This document shows, in pieces, positions 6,278-11,059 of a stretch of 11,059 bases of DNA. Every line of letters begins with the position of its first letter. The first letter of the stretch is position 1. The stretch lies in IMG/VR virus record IMGVR_UViG_2690316115_000019; one strand, given 5' to 3'. This DNA comes from a virus (lineage: Duplodnaviria; Heunggongvirae; Uroviricota; Caudoviricetes). Position numbers and translations under genes: made by a program. Below the pieces are notes generated by a model. It was given only the letters and a program-made list of their open reading frames with translations, was not told the origin of the DNA and did not search any database.

Positions 6278-7048
6278 ATGGAAACCGTATCTGACGCACT
6301 GAAAGCACTGAAAAAAGCCTCTTCACATGTGGTGGCAGCTCGCCTTGGAATCAGTCGTGAAGAGGCTGTCAACGAGCTGTGGGAACTCAAAAGAAAAGGC
6401 GTCGTTGATAAAACTGGTCACACCTGGTTTCTGGCTGGCGAAGGTGAATCCCGGGTAACCGAAGAGCGGCCAGTAAAATCTGAAGCACAGGATATGCTGA
6501 CCGGGGAGGTCGAACAAAAAGTTACCGCAGACATGATGATTGAGTTTATCGGTCAGGATGGGGCTAAAACGTGTGAGGAACTGGCGGGTAAGTTCGGTGT
6601 CAGTACTCGCAAGGTTGCTTCCACGCTGGCGGTGGTAACCGCAACGGGGCGGCTGGCACGCGTTAATCAGAGCGGTAAATTTTGTTACTGCATGCCGGGC
6701 GATAATTTACCAGCAGAGTCGAAAGCCGCGCTGGTAACGGAAAATGATGGTAAGGCCTTTCCTCAGCCAGCAGGTGCTGCGTTACCAGTCCGGGAAGCCG
6801 CAACACAGGAAGAAATTAAAACAGAAACTGTGGCGGACATTGTGCAGCCGTTGCTATCGTTTACCGAAACGCAAGCAGATGAGCTGATTTTTCCGTCCCT
6901 GCGCAGGGCAAACCTGGCGCTGCGCAGGGCGAAAAGTGATGTTCAGAAGTGGGAGCGAATCTGCGCCGCGCTGCGGGAGCTGAACAAGCACCGGGATATT
7001 GTTCGACAGATTACTGATTCTTCCCGCCGTGTTGTATCGGAAAAGTGA
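6278..7048 (+). CDS. Hypothetical protein at the ydaW position (two repeated winged-helix-like segments); function unknown
   Basis: 256 aa with a GGAGGAAA RBS. The internal duplication-like segments (VAARLGISREEAVNELWELKRKG and TCEELAGKFGVSTRKVASTLAVVTATG) are my reading only. Confidence 0.55.
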   Translation: METVSDALKALKKASSHVVAARLGISREEAVNELWELKRKGVVDKTGHTWFLAGEGESRVTEERPVKSEAQDMLTGEVEQKVTADMMIEFIGQDGAKTCEELAGKFGVSTRKVASTLAVVTATGRLARVNQSGKFCYCMPGDNLPAESKAALVTENDGKAFPQPAGAALPVREAATQEEIKTETVADIVQPLLSFTETQADELIFPSLRRANLALRRAKSDVQKWERICAALRELNKHRDIVRQITDSSRRVVSEK

Positions 7049-7063
7049 TTGCCGAAGGCGCTT

Positions 7064-7489
7064 ATGGCAAAAGTATTTACACAAGAAGAGCGAGAAAAAA
7101 TTAAAGGGCAGGTTGTTGAGCTAGTACGCCGGAGTGGGCGCGAGACGTTACGGCAACTGGAAGCCAGGACAGGTGCGACAAGATATCTGATGAGCGTTCT
7201 TGCCAGAGAGCTGGTTGCCAGTGGTGATGTATATCACTCTGGCTATGGGTTGTTCCCGTCAGAACAGGCGCGTAAGGACTGGCAAAACGCCCGCAAAAAA
7301 CTCTCGAGGGCAAAGGTGAAGAAACCTGTTGTGGTTGATCCGGGCCTTATCTGGACATTACCCGACGGAGAAATACACCGCTACGACAGGCGTATGAACA
7401 TAATCTGTCGCGAGTGCCGGAAGAGCGAAGCTATGCAGCGTGTACTGGCATTTTATCAAGGAAATGTTAGATATTTTAGACGTTACTAG
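7064..7489 (+). CDS. Protein with Ren-like C-terminal region
   Basis: ATG at 7064 with GAAGG upstream (track ORF starts at a TTG at 7049). The C-terminal ICRECRKSEAMQRVLAFY resembles lambda Ren (KECRQSAAMKRVLAVY, recalled). Position after the replication genes matches ren. Confidence 0.5.
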   Translation: MAKVFTQEEREKIKGQVVELVRRSGRETLRQLEARTGATRYLMSVLARELVASGDVYHSGYGLFPSEQARKDWQNARKKLSRAKVKKPVVVDPGLIWTLPDGEIHRYDRRMNIICRECRKSEAMQRVLAFYQGNVRYFRRY

Positions 7490-7642
7490 ATTAAAGAGCA
7501 TTAGTTCAGATGTGAATTGACATTTTCATGGCGCAGGGTAGAGCCAGCGTGGTTGTCCGCTTTGCGTCAAAACCAGATATTACCAGATTTAGACATATAT
7601 TCCCGATAGCCCTGCTCTGATGCTACACTCTGTGCTATTTTC

Positions 7643-8329
7643 ATGACCCCAATAAAAATATTTATGACTATTGCTGATTTCAAACGGCCTAAATTGGAGC
7701 TTCCAAACGGGGCAAACAAACTACTACTGCACTCTTGCTGTGCTCCATGTTCCGGTGAAGTGATGGAGGCGCTTCAGGCCTCGGGAATCGACTACACCAT
7801 CTTTTTCTACAACCCGAACATTCATCCTCAGAAAGAGTATTTAATTCGTAAGGATGAAAATATTCGCTTTGCTGAACAACACGGCGTGCCGTTTATCGAT
7901 GCTGATTACGACACCGACAACTGGTTTGAACGTGCCAAAGGAATGGAATGGGAGCCTGAGAGGGGGATCCGTTGTACCATGTGTTTTGACATGCGTTTTG
8001 AGCGGACAGCGTTGTACGCTGCTGAAAATGGTTTCAGTGTGATCAGTAGTTCACTGGGCATTTCACGCTGGAAAAATATGCAGCAGGTTAACGAGTGTGG
8101 GCGGCGAGCTGTTGCGCATTATCCGGGTATGGTGTACTGGGATTATAACTGGCGCAAGCAGGGCGGCTCGTCCCGTATGATTGAAATCAGCAAGCGCGAA
8201 AAATTCTATCAGCAGGAATATTGTGGCTGTGTGTATTCTCTGCGCGATACCAATCTACACCGCAAATCTCAGGGACGCCCTCTTATCAAAATTGGCCAAC
8301 TCCACTACGGAAAAGAAGAGAAGGAGTGA
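7643..8329 (+). CDS. QueH-like (DUF208) protein, putative Fe-S epoxyqueuosine reductase family
   Basis: Motifs [11 protein letters not shown] near the N-terminus, CTMCFD mid-protein and [10 protein letters not shown] near the C-terminus fit DUF208/QueH as I recall it. The start could be ATG 7643 or 7664; neither has a good RBS. Confidence 0.6.
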   Translation: MTPIKIFMTIADFKRPKLELPNGANKLLLHSCCAPCSGEVMEALQASGIDYTIFFYNPNIHPQKEYLIRKDENIRFAEQHGVPFIDADYDTDNWFERAKGMEWEPERGIRCTMCFDMRFERTALYAAENGFSVISSSLGISRWKNMQQVNECGRRAVAHYPGMVYWDYNWRKQGGSSRMIEISKREKFYQQEYCGCVYSLRDTNLHRKSQGRPLIKIGQLHYGKEEKE

Positions 8330-8399
8330 TTTTATGGATCACCTTTCTGATTGATTTCATATTGGCGAGGTGACGTGAGTTAAGTAGAATTGCTGCGGG

Positions 8400-8424
8400 T
8401 GCCTGAGGCTGTCTGCCTCAGGCA
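8400..8424. repeat. Perfect 10-bp inverted repeat (TGCCTGAGGC ... GCCTCAGGCA) with 5-nt loop, between the QueH-like and methyltransferase genes; no T-tract
   Basis: 8400-8409 and 8415-8424 are exact reverse complements. No U-run follows on either strand, so it is not a canonical intrinsic terminator. Confidence 0.5.
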
Positions 8425-8507
8425 TGAACACCAAAAGGCAGATAGAGAAAGCCCCAGTTAACATTACGCGTCCTGTAAGACGCTCAACATTAATCTGAGG
8501 CATATGG

Positions 8508-9632
8508 ATGCGGATGAAAGAATTAAATAAATTCAGAGTGATAGACCTCTTTTGTGGGGCAGGTGGATTATCTTATGGTTTTCTTCATGGAGAGATGTCT
8601 GACTACTTTGAAAGTATCCTTGCTATTGATAATAATGCTGCAGCTATAAATACCTACAATGCCAATTTTGGTTTGCATGGAGTTCAGGCAAATATTGAGG
8701 AGTGGGCATCCAGCAATACTGTTCCTGAGGCTGATGTGGTCATAGGTGGCCCCCCGTGTCAGGGATTCAGTTTATTGAATAAGAATCGTTATGGTGATCA
8801 CCGAAGAGCATTGTGGGAGCCTTATATGGATGTCATTGAGCGTTCAAGGGCTTGTATGTTCGTCATGGAAAATGTCCCCGGATTGCTGATAAGCGATGAG
8901 TTTGCGGACATTACGTTTAGAGCGAAATCCATGGGCTTTATTCTGCTTAATCCAATGGTGTTGAATACTGCTGACTATGGAGTACCTCAGACAAGAAAAC
9001 GAACGATAGCAATCGGTATCAAACGAGAACTCTTCGATGTGCATAGTATTCCGGCGTTCCCGCCAGCACCAACGCATCGTTCCCCTGATAAGGATGTCGC
9101 TTTGCCTGAATGGGTCTGTACGCGTGATGCAATTGGTGACTTACCTGCTCCTGTTGGAACTGATATTCGTAATGAACTTCCTCCGCTGAACTTACATTTT
9201 GGGCGTAATCCCACTCCTGTTTCTCTGGAGCGATATAAAGCGGTTCCACCAGGAGGTAACCGTTTCGATTTACAGAAAAAAAGACCTGATATAACCCCGG
9301 CGTGCTGGCTAAAAAAGAAATCTGGAGGGACCGATTTGTTTGGACGTCTGTGGTGGGACAAACCTTCAGTAACGATTCGTACTGAGTTTTTCAAACCGGA
9401 GAAAGGGCGATATTTACATCCGGAAGAGGATCGGCCAATAACTCATCGTGAGGCAGCGAGATTAATGTCTTTTCCTGATAATTTCATTTTTACCGGTTCA
9501 AAAACTGAGATTGCAAAGCAGATCGGGAATGCTGTTCCACCGCTATTTGCGGCAAAAATCGCACAATATGTGTATGGAGTTTTGCAGGGACGGTATAAGA
9601 ATAACATCAGTAAGAATAGTCAAGCAGCCTGA
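8508..9632 (+). CDS. DNA (cytosine-5)-methyltransferase
   Basis: Motif I DLFCGAGGLSYGF, motif IV GGPPCQGFS, motif VI ENVPGL, motif X QIGNAVPP. GAGG RBS 8 nt before ATG 8508. Confidence 0.9.
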   Translation: MRMKELNKFRVIDLFCGAGGLSYGFLHGEMSDYFESILAIDNNAAAINTYNANFGLHGVQANIEEWASSNTVPEADVVIGGPPCQGFSLLNKNRYGDHRRALWEPYMDVIERSRACMFVMENVPGLLISDEFADITFRAKSMGFILLNPMVLNTADYGVPQTRKRTIAIGIKRELFDVHSIPAFPPAPTHRSPDKDVALPEWVCTRDAIGDLPAPVGTDIRNELPPLNLHFGRNPTPVSLERYKAVPPGGNRFDLQKKRPDITPACWLKKKSGGTDLFGRLWWDKPSVTIRTEFFKPEKGRYLHPEEDRPITHREAARLMSFPDNFIFTGSKTEIAKQIGNAVPPLFAAKIAQYVYGVLQGRYKNNISKNSQAA

Positions 9633-9645
9633 AGGAAATCCAGAA

Positions 9646-10524
9646 ATGAATGGAGATTTGGTTGACAGCATAGTTGGTTTTGCTGAAGCCAGAAAGGAGT
9701 TTCATGCCCAATTGTTACTGAATACGCTCACAATTAATACTGCCGGAGTTGTTAGTAACGCAGATAGCAGTAACAAAAACAGTAAAGCTATAGCAAGAGA
9801 AATTGCTCGCTTCTTGCAGGCTGAAACGATTGGTGAACGTGTTGCAGGGCAAACATCTGGTAATCAGTTTGAGAGTATCTGCGCAGAGTTTATAGAAAAA
9901 ACCTTTTTTAAACTCAGCCACTTACGCCCTGGAAAATGGAATGTACATCAGGTTTCTGGTAGAAACAGATTAGAGATAGCTAAATATGAACAATATGCCC
10001 ATCTTATAGCATTGGATAGTGCTGCAAAAAGTAATCCTCAGCTAGCTGCTGCACTGGGGAGTGATTATACGATTTCACCAGATATTATTGTTGAAAGAGA
10101 ACCTGAATGTGATCAAGTTATCAACAGTCCTGAATTACTGGTGGATGATTCTGTTACCCGCATGTCAGCTCTCAGGAGTTCGAATGGTGGGAAACCAATA
10201 TTACACGCAAGTATTTCCTGCAAATGGACAATAAGAAGCGACCGGGCCCAGAATGCTCGTTCTGAGGCATTAAATCTTATTCGCAACCGTAAGGGAAATC
10301 TCCCTCATGTAATGGTTGTTACTGCTGAGCCTACTCCAAGTCGTCTGGCGTCTATTGCTCTTGGTACTGGTGATATAGATTGCGTGTATCATTTTGCGCT
10401 TTATGAACTTATATCAGCAGTTGAAATACTGGGGCTCAGCGATGCAGCTGACATGCTTTCCGTGATGGTTAATGGTAAAAGATTAAAGGATATTTCTGAT
10501 CTTCCCTTGGATCTTGCAGTCTGA
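9646..10524 (+). CDS. Putative type II restriction endonuclease, Cfr10I/NgoMIV/Bse634I-like active-site arrangement
   Basis: ATG 9646 with GAAGGAAA RBS, 13 nt after the methyltransferase stop. The spacing of putative catalytic residues is PD (SPDIIV), then S-x-K (ISCKW) 45-47 residues later, then E exactly 14 residues after the K (RSEALN), as in Cfr10I-family enzymes (recalled). Gene is AT-rich. Confidence 0.55.
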   Translation: MNGDLVDSIVGFAEARKEFHAQLLLNTLTINTAGVVSNADSSNKNSKAIAREIARFLQAETIGERVAGQTSGNQFESICAEFIEKTFFKLSHLRPGKWNVHQVSGRNRLEIAKYEQYAHLIALDSAAKSNPQLAAALGSDYTISPDIIVEREPECDQVINSPELLVDDSVTRMSALRSSNGGKPILHASISCKWTIRSDRAQNARSEALNLIRNRKGNLPHVMVVTAEPTPSRLASIALGTGDIDCVYHFALYELISAVEILGLSDAADMLSVMVNGKRLKDISDLPLDLAV

Positions 10525-10549
10525 CATCTCTACGTAAATAGAGTCTGTC
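10523..10549 (+). terminator. Imperfect hairpin at the endonuclease stop (possible weak terminator)
   Basis: GACATCTCTA (10523-10532) / TAGAGTCTGTC (10539-10549), followed by ATATTTTAA. Confidence 0.3.
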
Positions 10550-10596
10550 ATATTTTAACTGTGATGGCACGTCATTGACTTCAGTACATTTTTACT

Positions 10597-10622
10597 AACC
10601 CGCTTCGCGGGTTTTGTTTTTT
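10597..10622 (+). terminator. Rho-independent terminator closing the cargo island
   Basis: AACCCGC (10597-10603), loop TTC, GCGGGTT (10607-10613), then TTTTGTTTTTT. Confidence 0.7.
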
Positions 10623-10694
10623 CCTGGCATTCTGGTTTACAATCCACACGCCAGCCTGAACAACTGGCACCTGCTGCGCCAGCAGAGACAACCG

Positions 10695-10982
10695 ATGGCG
10701 CACAATACCAAACACCACAATTCTGATGCCGACCCTGCCAGCAGACACGGACGGCGCTCTCACGCATTCAAATATGACTGGTACCAGCATGACCAATGCA
10801 CTGAAGAACAGGCCGAGTGGCTGATTCAGAATTACCGCAGACGTGGATACCAGTTTCAGAAAGGCCTCAATCCTGACTTCCGACACTGGATAATTTCCGT
10901 CAGGCTCCCTTATTCCGAACGCCCGCCGCGTCCGTCCCGCACATATGTAAGCGTCGTCTCAGCACCGTCTGGCAGATCCTGA
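10695..10982 (+). CDS. Hypothetical basic protein (95 aa), unknown function
   Basis: ATG at 10695 within ORF 10614..10982, whose first codons lie inside the terminator. No strong RBS and no recognised family. Confidence 0.35.
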   Translation: MAHNTKHHNSDADPASRHGRRSHAFKYDWYQHDQCTEEQAEWLIQNYRRRGYQFQKGLNPDFRHWIISVRLPYSERPPRPSRTYVSVVSAPSGRS

Positions 10983-11059
10983 AATTCCTGAGAGAATAGT
11001 GGACACCAAATATGGTGGACGCTATCCATGAAATCATTAACCGCAGTGCGTAAAAAAAG

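Noticed and set aside
8844-9394. Minus-strand ORFs 8844..9077, 8987..9394, 9019..9249
   Set aside because: Antisense to the C5-methyltransferase, whose conserved motifs fix the coding frame.
9511-9645. Upstream extension of the endonuclease ORF overlapping the methyltransferase 3' end
   Set aside because: ATG 9646 has a well-spaced GAAGGAAA RBS immediately after the methyltransferase stop. The extension would overlap the methyltransferase by 120 nt.
10581-10886. Minus-strand ORFs 10555..10767 and 10581..10886, and the N-terminal extension 10614..10694 of the plus ORF
   Set aside because: They start inside or run through the strong plus-strand terminator. No RBS.
11028-11059. Possible gene start (ATG 11028, MKSLTAVRKK...) running off the window
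   Set aside because: Only about 10 codons visible and no clear RBS. Cannot be supported.
1-11059. CRISPR arrays, tRNA/rRNA genes, integrase or att sites
   Set aside because: No regularly spaced repeat-spacer structure, no cloverleaf-like conserved tRNA segments, and no tyrosine or serine recombinase-like ORF noticed in the window.

Overview
This window reads as the early/regulatory region of a mosaic lambdoid (Qin/Rac-like) enterobacterial prophage. No tools were run: every call rests on reading the sequence and ORF track, and every homology is from memory and unverified. Left arm (minus strand): a dicB-type cell-division operon (possible YdfC-like gene, DicF sRNA, dicB, ydfD-like, and an acidic protein whose 3' end runs into the terminus of a partial IS3-family element). 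Centre: a higBA toxin-antitoxin pair on the plus strand, sitting between two operator-like regions that share an identical 14-bp motif, then a DicA/CI-like repressor divergent from a Cro/YdaS-like gene and a YdaT-like gene. Right arm (plus strand): a replication initiator with a DnaT-like C-terminus and iteron-like repeats inside its coding sequence, a DnaC-like helicase loader, a ydaW-position hypothetical and a Ren-like protein. Last comes an AT-rich cargo island: a QueH-like (DUF208) protein, then a type II restriction-modification pair (C5-cytosine methyltransferase plus a Cfr10I/NgoMIV-family-like endonuclease) closed by an intrinsic terminator. No integrase, att site, tRNA, rRNA or CRISPR array was seen. 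The best candidates for undescribed biology are the QueH-like/R-M cargo, the higBA module embedded between phage operators, and the in-gene iterons.
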